From the IMG/VR virus record IMGVR_UViG_3300042864_001264: DNA of 53,864 bases. One strand, given 5' to 3'. Both the position numbers and the translations under genes were made by a program. Position 1 is the stretch's first letter. Each line of letters starts with the position of its first letter. Shown piece after piece: positions 8,884 through 19,518 of the stretch. The notes below the pieces were generated by a model that made no database searches, had not been told where the DNA came from, and saw only the letters and a list, made by a program, of their open reading frames with translations. The DNA comes from an uncultured virus (IMG/VR IMGVR_UViG_3300042864_001264). Taxonomy: Duplodnaviria; Heunggongvirae; Uroviricota; Caudoviricetes.

Positions 8884-10127
8884 TGAATACAGAAGCAACA
8901 TTAATTTCTGCGGTATGCAAGAACAAAGATATTAGCACACTGCTTGCTGATAATGTTGATGAGCTATTTACTTCCCATAAAGATATTTGGGAAGGCTTAA
9001 AGTCATACTATTATAAATTTAAAGCTGTTCCAGAGGTAGGTATTCTTCAGGAAAGGTTTAAAGATTTTGAGCCAGTAGATGCTAAGGCCGAGACTGGCTA
9101 TTATCTAGACCAGCTTAAGAATGAGTTCATATCAAATAAACTGAAGAGTATTATTATTAAGGGAGGCTCTGCGCTAAAGGAAGATGCAGCCTCTAGAGTG
9201 CTTGCACAAATGCAAAGCGACTTAGCAGGCTTAAGTCGTTTTACAAATAATGTCAGAGACTTAGACATTATTGATGTAGAAAATGCAGCACGACATTATG
9301 AAGCAACCAAGGAGCGTTCATCCGTAATGGGTGGTGCTCCAGGAATCCTGACGGGCTTCAGCGCAATCGACAAAGCGTACCCAACTGGAATGGCTCCAGG
9401 ACACCTTATCGTTGCTATTGGTTGGCCAGGGCGTGGTAAGACATGGTTTACGTCATATCTTGCATGCAAAGCTTGGGAGCAAGGGTTTAAGCCCATGATT
9501 GTTTCTCTTGAAATGTCTCCCGAAAACATGCGTGATCGTATCTTTACAATGCTAGGCTCTGGAATATTCAGAGCAAGCGATTTGTCAAAGGGTGATATCA
9601 ACATTGATGATTTCCGTAACTGGGGAAATAAGAAGTTTGAGGGAAAGAATAGTTTTGTTCTAATCTCAAATGAAGGTGCATCAGAAGTTACACCTGCAAC
9701 TATTCAAGGTAAGATAGATCAGCATAAGCCAGACCTAGTTATTCTTGATTATCACCAACTATTTAATGACAATAAAAGAAGTAATTCTGAAGTAGAAAGA
9801 AACAGAAACGTATCTCGTGAATTTAAGATGCTTGCCGTGTCAAATAATATTCCTATTATTGACATTACTGCAGCAACTGCAGATGATGTATCTGATCAAG
9901 ATAATCCTCCGATGATGTCTCAGGTTGCTTGGTCTAAAGCAATTGAATACGATGCAGACATGGCTTTGGCAGTACACAGATACCCTCAAACCAATATGAT
10001 TGAGATTGTTTCTAGGAAGAATAGACACGGTCATGACTTTAATTTTTACCTAGATTGGGATATCAACAGGGGTATCGTCAAAGAGATTTACGAAAACCCT
10101 TTTGAAAATGACTCACAAAAGAATTAA
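8883..10127 (+). CDS. dnaB: Replicative DnaB-like helicase
   Basis: Walker A GWPGRGKT, SLEM, VILDY, IEYDAD, KNRHG. Confidence 0.92.
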   Translation: MNTEATLISAVCKNKDISTLLADNVDELFTSHKDIWEGLKSYYYKFKAVPEVGILQERFKDFEPVDAKAETGYYLDQLKNEFISNKLKSIIIKGGSALKEDAASRVLAQMQSDLAGLSRFTNNVRDLDIIDVENAARHYEATKERSSVMGGAPGILTGFSAIDKAYPTGMAPGHLIVAIGWPGRGKTWFTSYLACKAWEQGFKPMIVSLEMSPENMRDRIFTMLGSGIFRASDLSKGDINIDDFRNWGNKKFEGKNSFVLISNEGASEVTPATIQGKIDQHKPDLVILDYHQLFNDNKRSNSEVERNRNVSREFKMLAVSNNIPIIDITAATADDVSDQDNPPMMSQVAWSKAIEYDADMALAVHRYPQTNMIEIVSRKNRHGHDFNFYLDWDINRGIVKEIYENPFENDSQKN

Positions 10128-10410
10128 AAGATTTCAAATTGATGTAGAGTTTTATGATAATGCTCAGCTGATTAGCCTTAAGCCACAGTATGAGAATTTA
10201 CTTACTCATGACATGAGGTCTAAAGGGTACGCTAGAGTACTTGACATAGACACAGCATTTTCGGTAGAATTTACAGGTGAGACATGGAAGTTCTTAATGA
10301 CACTCCATGGAATATATGTAGGAAAGAAGCAAGCATGGCTATCAGAGGGTATAACGCAAGGAAAGTTGATTCCACGTACTATGCGCCCAACCATATCAAA
10401 TCAATCATAA
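10108..10410 (+). CDS. Hypothetical protein
   Basis: ORF between helicase and primase. Confidence 0.6.
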   Translation: MTHKRIKRFQIDVEFYDNAQLISLKPQYENLLTHDMRSKGYARVLDIDTAFSVEFTGETWKFLMTLHGIYVGKKQAWLSEGITQGKLIPRTMRPTISNQS

Positions 10411-11333
10411 AGGCTTTAGGTTTAGATATTGTTGCAGAGCCAGGTAACGAGGTTATGTTCTACTGTCCTTTTCATTCCAATAGGCACACAGCAAGCTGTT
10501 GCATAAACAAATCTTCTGGGGCATGGCTATGCTTTAATCCTTCTTGTGGTGAAACTGGAACCCTGACAGAGCTGGTTAGAAGAGTATTACACAAAAATGA
10601 TTTTGAGGCCATTAGATTTATTGCTGCTCAGGAGCAAGAAGCGTTAAACAATTTTGATGAAGTTATGGCAAGTATGTTTGAGGTTAAACCAGACTTCGAG
10701 GAGTTTCCTCAAGACACTTTGGATAGATTACATGCAGACCTTTACGGTCATAAGCAAGCAAGAGATTACTTAAACTCAAGAGGAATTGTAGATCAATCCA
10801 TGAAAGACTTTAATCTTGGGTATTCTAATGCAATGGGAATGGTCATTACACCAGTTCATAGTCCAGACGGGATGCCTATTGGCTTGGTAGGTAGATCAAT
10901 TGAGGGTAAAGCTTTTAAGAATAGCACCAGCTTGCCAAAGAGCAAAACCTTATTTAATGTTCATCGTGCTAAAAAAATTGGAGACCACGTTATAGTGGTA
11001 GAGTCAAACTTTGATGCAATAAGAATACATCAGGCAGGGTTTCCAAATGTGGTCGCAACTCTAGGCGGCATTTTGTCAACAGAGCAGCACAAGATTTTAA
11101 ATAGATATTTTAATAAGATAACAATAATGACCGACTCAGACTTGGCTGGCAGGGAGCTAGGGCTAAGCATAGCCAATAGATTAAAAAATAAAGACATCTT
11201 GTGGGGATCTTATGAATATGGTAAGATATATCCACATGATGCAAAAGATGCAGGCGATATGACCGATGAGGAAATTAAAGCCTGTATTAAAAATTCAGTA
11301 TCTGATATCGAATATCGATCTTGGAGCCCATAA
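10335..11333 (+). CDS. dnaG: DNA primase (CHC2 zinc finger + TOPRIM)
   Basis: CPFH...CFNPSC; VVESNFDAI; DSDLAG; KDAGD. Confidence 0.9.
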   Translation: MAIRGYNARKVDSTYYAPNHIKSIIKALGLDIVAEPGNEVMFYCPFHSNRHTASCCINKSSGAWLCFNPSCGETGTLTELVRRVLHKNDFEAIRFIAAQEQEALNNFDEVMASMFEVKPDFEEFPQDTLDRLHADLYGHKQARDYLNSRGIVDQSMKDFNLGYSNAMGMVITPVHSPDGMPIGLVGRSIEGKAFKNSTSLPKSKTLFNVHRAKKIGDHVIVVESNFDAIRIHQAGFPNVVATLGGILSTEQHKILNRYFNKITIMTDSDLAGRELGLSIANRLKNKDILWGSYEYGKIYPHDAKDAGDMTDEEIKACIKNSVSDIEYRSWSP

Positions 11334-11383
11334 AAATAAAATAAAGATGGATATATACCATCAACTATAGAGAAGAGGAACAA

Positions 11384-12052
11384 ATGGGAATAGTAAAAGG
11401 TCTTAAGGACTTAAATAAAGTAATGGACAAGCCACAGTCTTCAGGTGGAGAAGGAACCAAAGCTCGCTGGGTAAAGCTAGAAGATAGCGAAAGCGTAAAG
11501 ATTCGTTTTCTTCAAGAACTTGATCCAGACTCACCAACATATAACGAAAAGTTAGGTCTAGGTTTTATTGCTGTAGAGCATACAAATCCAAAAGACTATC
11601 GCCGTAAGGCACTTTGTTCAATGGACGATCAGGGAAAGTGCTACGGTTGCGAGCAGCATCGTAAGGACTACAAGGCTGGTTGGAAAGGCCGTTCAAGACT
11701 GTACATTAACGTATTAGTAGATGATGGCAAAGAAGATCCTTATGTAGGAATTCTTTCACAGGGTTCAAGTGGCAAAACAGTAACACCAACACTTATCGAG
11801 TATGCTGGTGAAATGGGAAGCATTACTAACCTAATGTGGCGTATTAAGCGCACAGGAACAAAAACTGATACAAGTTATACAATCATCCCTCTAGCTAAGG
11901 ATGAAACACCGTTTGACGGGACAACTCTTGAGCTTTACAAGCTTGAGGAAACTGCAGTACGTGATCTTCCGTACACAGACCAGGAGTCATTCTTTGCTGG
12001 AGAGCATTCAAGCGAAGAAGATTCTAGTTCATCTAGCAGCGTAGACTGGTAA
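11384..12052 (+). CDS. Single-stranded DNA-binding protein (gp32-like)
   Basis: KIRFL, Zn-binding Cys/His residues, IKRTG...TSY, acidic/Ser tail ending in W; lies between primase and polymerase. Confidence 0.7.
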   Translation: MGIVKGLKDLNKVMDKPQSSGGEGTKARWVKLEDSESVKIRFLQELDPDSPTYNEKLGLGFIAVEHTNPKDYRRKALCSMDDQGKCYGCEQHRKDYKAGWKGRSRLYINVLVDDGKEDPYVGILSQGSSGKTVTPTLIEYAGEMGSITNLMWRIKRTGTKTDTSYTIIPLAKDETPFDGTTLELYKLEETAVRDLPYTDQESFFAGEHSSEEDSSSSSSVDW

Positions 12053-12063
12053 TACAAGTATAT

Positions 12064-12106
12064 GCAGGGCTAGTCTATTGACTAGCCCTGCGTTATTTGT
12101 TAGAAT
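12064..12106 (+). promoter_or_regulatory. Stem-loop overlapping a leaderless promoter
   Basis: GCAGGGCTAGTC-TATT-GACTAGCCCTGC; TTGACT(12078)-17-TAGAAT; ATG 6 nt later. Confidence 0.6.
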
Positions 12107-12112
12107 ATCAAT

Positions 12113-12319
12113 ATGATATCTTACGAAATACCAGATCCGTTTGATACTTTTGTAGCAAACAAGTACAAAGATTATAAAGGAATGCTTTATGATTTCTTTG
12201 CAAAAGAATGGCATTTAAAAGCAGCTTGCTGTGGAGAAGATTTATATGCACCAAACAAAAAAACAATGATTAAGATTAGACTTTATCATACAAGAAACGA
12301 ATGCATGGGCGGATACTAA
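12113..12319 (+). CDS. Hypothetical protein
   Basis: 68-aa ORF, TAATG-coupled to dnaE. Confidence 0.65.
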   Translation: MISYEIPDPFDTFVANKYKDYKGMLYDFFAKEWHLKAACCGEDLYAPNKKTMIKIRLYHTRNECMGGY

Positions 12320-15300
12320 TGAGTTTTACACACCTACATGTTCACTCATACTATTCATTAATGGATGGACTTAATTCTCCATTAGAGTTAGTGCAAGCCG
12401 CAAAAGCAGCAGGACAAACAGCAATTGCAATTACAGATCACGGCACGTTGTCTTCACACAGAGAAATGCAGATTGCTTGTAGGGAAGAGGGCATAAAGCC
12501 AATCCTGGGAGTAGAGGCTTATATATCTCCAACAGATAGGTTTGACAAGTCTTCAAAAACAGATAAGTCTATTCAGGCTTACAACCACATAATTTTGTTA
12601 GCAAAAAATAAAAAGGGTCTGGAGAATATAAACACACTACAGGAAATTGCTTGGAACGAAGGGTTTTATCATAAGCCTAGAATAGATAGGGAAATACTAA
12701 ATGAATACTCGGAAGGAATTATTGTCCTTTCTGGATGCCTTAATGGGCTTATCTCTAAGGCTATCGAGAAGGGCGAATTCTCTGAAGCTAAAATGGTGCT
12801 CAAAGATTTTCAGAAAACTTTCGGCAAAGATTTTTATGTTGAGGTACAGTCTCACAATCCAGAAGAAATAAACTCTAAGCTACTAGAACTTGCCGACGAG
12901 CTAGGGATCAAGGCGGTGGCAACAGGTGATGCTCACTTTGCTAAAGAAGAAGATAGAGTATTAGAAGAAGCAATGCTTATTCTGTCCACGTCCCCAAAAA
13001 TGGATAAGGATGCTGACTTTGAAATGTCTAGACAGATTAAAGATATTAATGATAGGTTAAACTACCTATATCCAGATCGTAGAATATCATTTCAAGACTA
13101 TAATCTATTTATACAGTCACGTTCTGAAATTGAAGCAGACTTTAATAAGGCTGGAATTACACGCAAAGACATTTATGAAAATACCATGGAGATTGCTGAC
13201 AAAATTGGAGAATACGATTTTAACAGTGGTTTAGACCTACTCCCAGTACCTAAGACTGATGCAGACCAGAAACTGTCTCAGATGGCCTCAGAAGGCCTTA
13301 AAAGACTAAATCTAGTCGACCAGGTCTACCTGGAGAGACTTAAAGAAGAGCTATCTGTAATTAAAGATAAGTCATTTGCTTCCTATTTTCTTGTTGTAGC
13401 AGATATGATTAATTGGGCAAAAGAAAATGATATTAAGGTTGGCCCAGGTCGTGGCTCTGCTGCAGGCTCCTTGGTTTGCTATGCCCTAGGAATTACAGAT
13501 GTAGATCCAATTAAATATGATTTATTGTTTTTTAGATTTATTAACCCAGAGCGTAATGACTTTCCTGATATCGATACTGACTTTGAAGACCGACGAAGAA
13601 AAGAAGTTAAAGATTATTTAAAGAAAAAGTTTAAGCATGTTGCTTCAATTTCTACATATACTTATTTTAAGGATAAGGGTGTGATTAGAGATGCTGCACG
13701 TGTATTCATGGTTCCACTTTCAGATGTTAACCGTGCAATGAAATCAATTGATACCTTTGAAGACTTTATTGAGTCTCCGAACACTAAAGAATTTAGAAAC
13801 AAGTATCCCGAAGTTGTATGGCTTGCAGATAGACTTCGTGGAAGAATTAGATCTGTTGGAGTGCATGCCGCAGGTGTTGTTGTCGCAAAAGATGACCTAA
13901 GAAAATATGCACCAGTAGAATCAAGAGCTGATGCAAGCGACTTGGTTTCTGGTAGAATTCCAGTCGTCGCATACGACATGGATACGGTTGCTGATATAGG
14001 TCTTATTAAACTAGATGCGCTAGGACTTAAGACTTTATCAGTGATCTCAGACACACTCGCATCAATTAAAAAGCGTACAGGGAAAGACATTAATCTTTCT
14101 GAGTTGTCACTTGATGATGCTAGCGTTTATAAAGTATTGAGCGATGGGTATACAAAAGGAGTTTTTCAAGCTGAAGCAACACCATACACTAATCTTTTAA
14201 TTAAAATGGGTGTAGACAAGTTTGAGGATCTTGCTGCATCAAACGCTCTTGTACGACCAGGTGCTATGAATACTGTGGGAGCTTCTTATATTAAGCGCAA
14301 GCATGGGGATGAGGCAGTTCAATTTATTCATCCAATTATGAAGCCTTTCACAGAAAATACTTATGGGGTTATTATTTATCAGGAGCAGGTTATGCAAGCT
14401 TGCGTACACCTTGGAGGAATGACTTGGTCAGAGGCTGACAAAGTGCGTAAGATTATTGGAAAGAAGAAAGATGCAAAAGAGTTCGACGAGTTCAAGGATC
14501 GCTTTATTGATGGTGCTTCAAAACACATTTCTAAGAAGCAAGCCGAAACGCTATGGCATACTTTCGAGGCTCATGCTGGCTATTCTTTTAACCGCTCTCA
14601 TGCTGTTGCTTATTCCATGCTTAGTTATTATACGGCTTGGCTTAAAACTTACTACCCTCTTGAGTTCATGTTTTCAATTCTTAAAAACGAAAACGATAAA
14701 GATGCTAGAACAGAATACCTAATTGAAGCAAAAAGATTGGGGCTTAGCGTTAAGCTTCCACATATAAATGAGTCAGACATATACTTCTCACTTCAAGGTG
14801 AGTCTATCCGTTTCGGGTTAGCTGAAGTAAAGTTTATTTCAGATAGTATTGCAAATAAAATAATTGATAAGAGGCCATACAGAGATTATGCTGAATTTAT
14901 TGAAAAGGCATCGAGTAAAGGTTCTGGCATTAATAGCCGTGCTATTAATGCTCTTAACGCCATCGGCGGTGCTGCGTTTGATGATAACAAAAGGCAAGGA
15001 AATGAAAAAGACAATTACTACGAATACTTAGGTATTCCAACCTTTAACCTTGAAGGAATCCCTCCAAGAATTAAAGCGCAGGCTAGACCTATTGAAGAGT
15101 TTGATGACCTAGGATCATTTGTTATGTTTGGCATGGTAAAAAGTATTAAGCGTGGTTCAGGGTGGGCAAGAGTAGAACTAGTTGACGAGACAGGTTCTAT
15201 TGGACTATTTCATACAGAGCAGACACAAATTGAAACTGGACAAATGTATTTTATCCTTGTAGGAGATAATAGAATTGCAAGATACGTAAAGGTCAGCGAC

Positions 15301-15585
15301 ATGAGCCCAGACTCAGAAAATTCTTTTGTAGATTATTTATATAAAAAGAAGTATGATCTAGAAGAAGATGAGTATTACGTAGTAGATTTTACTCCATACG
15401 TAACAAAGGCTGGCAAAACAATGAGCCACATAGTTCTGGCAAATGCTGACAAGGAGTTAACCAGAGCAATTGTTTTTCCTACAATGTATAAAATGTCTCT
15501 TGCAAAGATGCGAGAGGGAATGAAGTGTAAGGTTGTGCTGTCTAAATTAGATGATGGCACTTTAAATGTAAAGGAAATAAAATGA
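12319..15585 (+). CDS. dnaE: DNA polymerase III alpha subunit (DnaE-like)
   Basis: PHP domain HLHVHS...TDHG; GRGSAAGS; PDIDTDF; FNRSHAVAY. Confidence 0.95.
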   Translation: MSFTHLHVHSYYSLMDGLNSPLELVQAAKAAGQTAIAITDHGTLSSHREMQIACREEGIKPILGVEAYISPTDRFDKSSKTDKSIQAYNHIILLAKNKKGLENINTLQEIAWNEGFYHKPRIDREILNEYSEGIIVLSGCLNGLISKAIEKGEFSEAKMVLKDFQKTFGKDFYVEVQSHNPEEINSKLLELADELGIKAVATGDAHFAKEEDRVLEEAMLILSTSPKMDKDADFEMSRQIKDINDRLNYLYPDRRISFQDYNLFIQSRSEIEADFNKAGITRKDIYENTMEIADKIGEYDFNSGLDLLPVPKTDADQKLSQMASEGLKRLNLVDQVYLERLKEELSVIKDKSFASYFLVVADMINWAKENDIKVGPGRGSAAGSLVCYALGITDVDPIKYDLLFFRFINPERNDFPDIDTDFEDRRRKEVKDYLKKKFKHVASISTYTYFKDKGVIRDAARVFMVPLSDVNRAMKSIDTFEDFIESPNTKEFRNKYPEVVWLADRLRGRIRSVGVHAAGVVVAKDDLRKYAPVESRADASDLVSGRIPVVAYDMDTVADIGLIKLDALGLKTLSVISDTLASIKKRTGKDINLSELSLDDASVYKVLSDGYTKGVFQAEATPYTNLLIKMGVDKFEDLAASNALVRPGAMNTVGASYIKRKHGDEAVQFIHPIMKPFTENTYGVIIYQEQVMQACVHLGGMTWSEADKVRKIIGKKKDAKEFDEFKDRFIDGASKHISKKQAETLWHTFEAHAGYSFNRSHAVAYSMLSYYTAWLKTYYPLEFMFSILKNENDKDARTEYLIEAKRLGLSVKLPHINESDIYFSLQGESIRFGLAEVKFISDSIANKIIDKRPYRDYAEFIEKASSKGSGINSRAINALNAIGGAAFDDNKRQGNEKDNYYEYLGIPTFNLEGIPPRIKAQARPIEEFDDLGSFVMFGMVKSIKRGSGWARVELVDETGSIGLFHTEQTQIETGQMYFILVGDNRIARYVKVSDMSPDSENSFVDYLYKKKYDLEEDEYYVVDFTPYVTKAGKTMSHIVLANADKELTRAIVFPTMYKMSLAKMREGMKCKVVLSKLDDGTLNVKEIK

Positions 15586-15794
15586 CAGAAGAAAATACAG
15601 CATCTGCGCCAGAAGATATATTCAAGTCACTTAGCGTTACAAGAATTTTAGTTGGTGCGATAGAAACCCTAGGAGAAATAACTATACCAACCAGCGTATT
15701 TTTAAATGCGACTGCAGAAGATAAAGAATTGCAGGTTGATTACAACTCAGATGATCAGACATTTGTGTTTAAGCTAAAGTCTTCAAATGAATAA
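15582..15794 (+). CDS. Hypothetical protein
   Basis: Coupled 70-aa ORF. Confidence 0.65.
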   Translation: MTEENTASAPEDIFKSLSVTRILVGAIETLGEITIPTSVFLNATAEDKELQVDYNSDDQTFVFKLKSSNE

Positions 15795-16122
15795 GACGTC
15801 CTACGACCTGGATAAGCTTGCTTTAATTTTGCATGAGACAGCAATTGAAAAAGGTTTTTGGGATAACCCAAAGAACTTTGATGTCTTTGGGAACAAGCTT
15901 GCACTAGTTCATTCTGAAGTTACAGAAGTCCTTGAAGCAATTAGAAAGAATAAAGGTTCGGAAGAGATTGTTGAAGAAATGGCTGATGTTCTAATTAGAA
16001 CTCTTGATCTTTATGCATCAATGTTTAATGGAGGATTCATTACTCACAGCTTAGATGAAATTTTATTTAAGAAAATGGAAATAAATAAAGATAGACCAAA
16101 GCTTCACGGCAATTTATTTTAA
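15787..16122 (+). CDS. MazG-like NTP pyrophosphohydrolase
   Basis: LVHSEVTEVLEAIRK...EEMADVLIR...KMEINKDRP. Confidence 0.8.
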   Translation: MNKTSYDLDKLALILHETAIEKGFWDNPKNFDVFGNKLALVHSEVTEVLEAIRKNKGSEEIVEEMADVLIRTLDLYASMFNGGFITHSLDEILFKKMEINKDRPKLHGNLF

Positions 16123-16152
16123 TGATATAATTGTATAAAAGAAAGAGAAAAA

Positions 16153-17157
16153 ATGACTATAGCAATAGATGATATTCTAGCGGCACTAGATCCAAAAACA
16201 AGAGCAAGAGTAAAAGCAGCACAAGATGTAAAAGTTGAAAAGCAAAAGACACCAAGCATTGGGTTAAATATGGCCCTTAAAGGTGGACTTGGGTATGGGC
16301 GACAAGTTCTTGTATGGGGAAATAAGTCTGCAGGTAAATCTTCGTTTTGCTTGCAGATGATTGCCTTGGCACAAAAAGAAGGAAAGACCTGTGCATGGAT
16401 TGATGCAGAAGCTTCATATGACCAAACATGGGCCGAGACATTGGGCGTAGATTCATCTTCTCTTATCTATTCTCCAGCAAAAACAGTAAATGATATGGTT
16501 GATGTTGCTACAAAGCTAATGGATGCAGGAGTGGATATAATTGTTGTAGACTCTATATCTGCATTGTTGCCAGCAATTTATTTTGAAAAAGATGGAAATG
16601 AAATGAAGGATTTGCAAGATACAAAGCAAATCGGCGCAGAAGCAAAGGATATGACCCACGCAGTCAAGATGTTAAACTATGCAAACAAAAACACACTACT
16701 TGTTCTCATCTCTCAACAGCGAAATCAGTTTGGATCTATGCATGCTAGTCACATCCCAACAGGTGGCATGGCAGTCAAGTTCTTTTCTTCCACAGTCATT
16801 AAGCTCTGGTCGTCTGAAGCTGAGGCTAATGCTATTAAGGCTGGCGTTAAAGTTGGCGACAAAATTATCGAACAAAGAGTCGGAAGACCAGTTAACTGGA
16901 TTATTGATTACAACAAGCTCGGCCCCCCAAATCTATCAGGACAATACGACTTTTATTACCAAGGGGAAGCTCTTGGTGTAGATATTGTAGGTGAAACCCT
17001 AGATGCTGCTGAAATGTGCGGAATTATTGAAAAGGGTGGCGCATGGTATACTATAAATAAAGAAAGAATACAGGGTAGACCAAAGGCTGTTCAGTATTTA
17101 CGTGATAATCCAGATGTAGTTCTGTCTTTGCAGAAGGAAATAGATGCCAAATATTAA
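16153..17157 (+). CDS. recA: RecA-like recombinase
   Basis: GNKSAGKS, WIDAE, VVDSISAL, TGGMAVKFFSS, GAWY. Confidence 0.92.
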   Translation: MTIAIDDILAALDPKTRARVKAAQDVKVEKQKTPSIGLNMALKGGLGYGRQVLVWGNKSAGKSSFCLQMIALAQKEGKTCAWIDAEASYDQTWAETLGVDSSSLIYSPAKTVNDMVDVATKLMDAGVDIIVVDSISALLPAIYFEKDGNEMKDLQDTKQIGAEAKDMTHAVKMLNYANKNTLLVLISQQRNQFGSMHASHIPTGGMAVKFFSSTVIKLWSSEAEANAIKAGVKVGDKIIEQRVGRPVNWIIDYNKLGPPNLSGQYDFYYQGEALGVDIVGETLDAAEMCGIIEKGGAWYTINKERIQGRPKAVQYLRDNPDVVLSLQKEIDAKY

Positions 17158-17332
17158 TGAGTTTTTAAATAGTAAAGATTCTGAGTTTGCTAACTTAGAA
17201 GAAATCGCTGGTCAAAAGCCATGCTCTAAATGCGAAGAGTTTTCCAGTAGTTATTTCTGGGATGCTTCTAGTTTTACTATGAACTGGAAATGTAAAAGTG
17301 GGCACCCAAATCAGGTAAAGGTTAACCTATGA
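17144..17332 (+). CDS. Small zinc-binding protein
   Basis: CSKC...CKSGH. Confidence 0.6.
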   Translation: MPNINEFLNSKDSEFANLEEIAGQKPCSKCEEFSSSYFWDASSFTMNWKCKSGHPNQVKVNL

Positions 17333-18102
17333 TAGAAAAGATTGTAATCGCCCCACAAATTATAGTTTATAAAAATGCTTTATCAAATAGCAGATCTATT
17401 ATAGATATGATTGAGTCTGCAGACGAAGTCAAATGGGAAACCTGGTATGAAAATGGATGGAGATCTTCAGTAGACTTTGATAAAACAAAAGGAGAAGAGT
17501 CCTCTCCAATACAAGACATATGCAATGCGTTTGACTATGTTGCAAATGATTACATGTCAGACTATTCAGGTGATAGAGGGGTCTGGCCTACCTTTATAAA
17601 AAATTGGGATAGTACTAATCTAAATCAAGATAACTATAAGATAGACTTCTTTAAGTATAGCCACCTATCTTTTGAAAACATGAAATGGGAATCAGATTTA
17701 TTAATGAAATACCATGTAGACGAATTTGATGCAGACGGTGTATTTAAGAAATACAAAAATATAGTTACAATAAACTTTTACCTAAATGACGATTACGAAG
17801 GTGGCGAGATCTGTGCTTACAATAAGGACTTGAATGTAAGCTATAGGTATAAGCCAGTGGCTGGAGATGCAGTTGTTATGCCCTCTGCTAGTCCATTTTT
17901 TCATGCAGTAAAGCCATTCTATATGAAGGATAGATATTTTTTAAGATTATTTATTACATACGATCAAGGAGAAGATGTGGCTAACAACTATGGAGATTTC
18001 TATTCTGAAGAGCACCATGTCGGACATCAGGCAGAAAAAGATTTTATAGATAAAGATTTTCAATTTTTAAATGTTAACATTAAAGAAGTAGAGGTAAGAT
18101 AA
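17329..18102 (+). CDS. 2OG-Fe(II) oxygenase, prolyl-4-hydroxylase-like
   Basis: HVD...YLNDDYEGGE...FHAVKP...R: facial triad plus 2OG-binding Arg. Confidence 0.82.
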   Translation: MIEKIVIAPQIIVYKNALSNSRSIIDMIESADEVKWETWYENGWRSSVDFDKTKGEESSPIQDICNAFDYVANDYMSDYSGDRGVWPTFIKNWDSTNLNQDNYKIDFFKYSHLSFENMKWESDLLMKYHVDEFDADGVFKKYKNIVTINFYLNDDYEGGEICAYNKDLNVSYRYKPVAGDAVVMPSASPFFHAVKPFYMKDRYFLRLFITYDQGEDVANNYGDFYSEEHHVGHQAEKDFIDKDFQFLNVNIKEVEVR

Positions 18103-18407
18103 TGTCTGAAAGATCTGAAGTCAAAAGAGACGGAGCTAAGGCTCAAAAAAATTCAGGTAGGGGAGATTACCAAAAAGGAGATGCACAATGGAATCAGTTC
18201 CTTGTAGATTACAAAGAAGCTGGAACGTCATTCACTTTAAACAAAGACAACTGGGCAAAAATCTGTACTGATACATTTAAAGTAAATAGAAATATGCACC
18301 CAGCGTTAAAAATTATTATTGGAAGTGAGTCTAAAGTTAGACTTGGTATTATTGAGTGGTCCGTACTGGAAGAACTCATAGAGTTTTGGGAGGATAACAA
18401 TGTATAA
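18102..18407 (+). CDS. PD-(D/E)xK Holliday junction resolvase-like nuclease
   Basis: NSGRG...KGDA...LVDYK. Confidence 0.65.
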   Translation: MSERSEVKRDGAKAQKNSGRGDYQKGDAQWNQFLVDYKEAGTSFTLNKDNWAKICTDTFKVNRNMHPALKIIIGSESKVRLGIIEWSVLEELIEFWEDNNV

Positions 18408-19092
18408 ACTTGATGTTTATTTAGGGAATAATGTAAAGAGCGCAAAGATAAAGCCACTTACAGCCAAGAGGGACTGGATGGAAACTCTTGCATACAACTG
18501 CTACCCAATGACCTCAGCAAATCTATTAGGGTACTATATTTATTTTGAAGAAGACGTTTCTTTTATTTGGGATGGAGACAATTTAACTCCAGCCAAGCCT
18601 ACAAATGGATCTGAAAATGTTTGGGTCGGTAGACCATTTGGTACAGTAAGCTTTGAAACTAATTTAGTGTTTAAGTCTGATCCAGACACTAGCATTTTAA
18701 TTGGTCCACCACCAAATCATTTTATTGAAGGTGCAAACGTTATTAGCAGTCTAGTATCATCTTCATTTTTTACAGGAGCATTACCTATAGTCTGGAAGCT
18801 TCATGTTCCAAACAAAGAATATTTTATTCCAGCAGGCACCCCCATAGCATCAGTATTGCCACTGTCACTATCTGCATTTGATAATTCAGAAATTAATTTT
18901 ACTGGCGAGGTTTATGAGGGATACAGATTGCATAATGATTCAGAGTACATAGACTGGATTCATAATCAATATGCTGAGAATGATGTTTGGCCTAAAGTAT
19001 ATGAAAAAGGTAAAGATCATAAAGGTAATAAAGTCGGAGAGCATGAGGTTCAAAGATTAAAGATGCATATTAAATACGGTGATAAGAAATGA
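18400..19092 (+). CDS. DUF6065-like protein (dUTPase-like fold suspected)
   Basis: KRDWM...AYNCYP..SAN.LG...GPPN...IPAGTPIA. Confidence 0.6.
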   Translation: MYKLDVYLGNNVKSAKIKPLTAKRDWMETLAYNCYPMTSANLLGYYIYFEEDVSFIWDGDNLTPAKPTNGSENVWVGRPFGTVSFETNLVFKSDPDTSILIGPPPNHFIEGANVISSLVSSSFFTGALPIVWKLHVPNKEYFIPAGTPIASVLPLSLSAFDNSEINFTGEVYEGYRLHNDSEYIDWIHNQYAENDVWPKVYEKGKDHKGNKVGEHEVQRLKMHIKYGDKK

Positions 19093-19193
19093 CTATCTTT
19101 TTATTTGGAGTAATGGTAGGATTAGTAGTTGGTTACCCGCTTGGGTTATTCATTGACAAAATAGATAAAAGGATTAAAAATGGCGGAAGATAA
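19089..19193 (+). CDS. Small membrane protein (34 aa)
   Basis: MTIFLFGVMVGLVVGYPLGLFIDKIDKRIKNGGR; ATGA overlap. Confidence 0.5.
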   Translation: MTIFLFGVMVGLVVGYPLGLFIDKIDKRIKNGGR

Positions 19194-19518
19194 AAATACA
19201 CTTCAACTTATTAGCGATATCACAGAGTTTAATGACCTGCATGAGTATATGAAAGACGAACACCTGGATAAAGCGCTGGCTATAGTTGTAAAGATATTGA
19301 TGAACCCAGAGGTTCCTTCTGCAAAAGCCCCTATGCTAATTATGGAGCTTCAGGCAATGTCCACTAAATTTGCAGTAATGGCTTCTGTTTATTCTACAAT
19401 TGCTAAGGACAAAGCTGGAACAGTAAATAATAATAAGAAGAATGTATATTATTCAGTGAAGGAGTCCATAGACAAACTTGTAGATGCGCTTAAGTATGTC
19501 GTTAGGTATAACTCATGA
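19180..19518 (+). CDS. Hypothetical protein
   Basis: 112-aa ORF with SD. Confidence 0.7.
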   Translation: MAEDKNTLQLISDITEFNDLHEYMKDEHLDKALAIVVKILMNPEVPSAKAPMLIMELQAMSTKFAVMASVYSTIAKDKAGTVNNNKKNVYYSVKESIDKLVDALKYVVRYNS

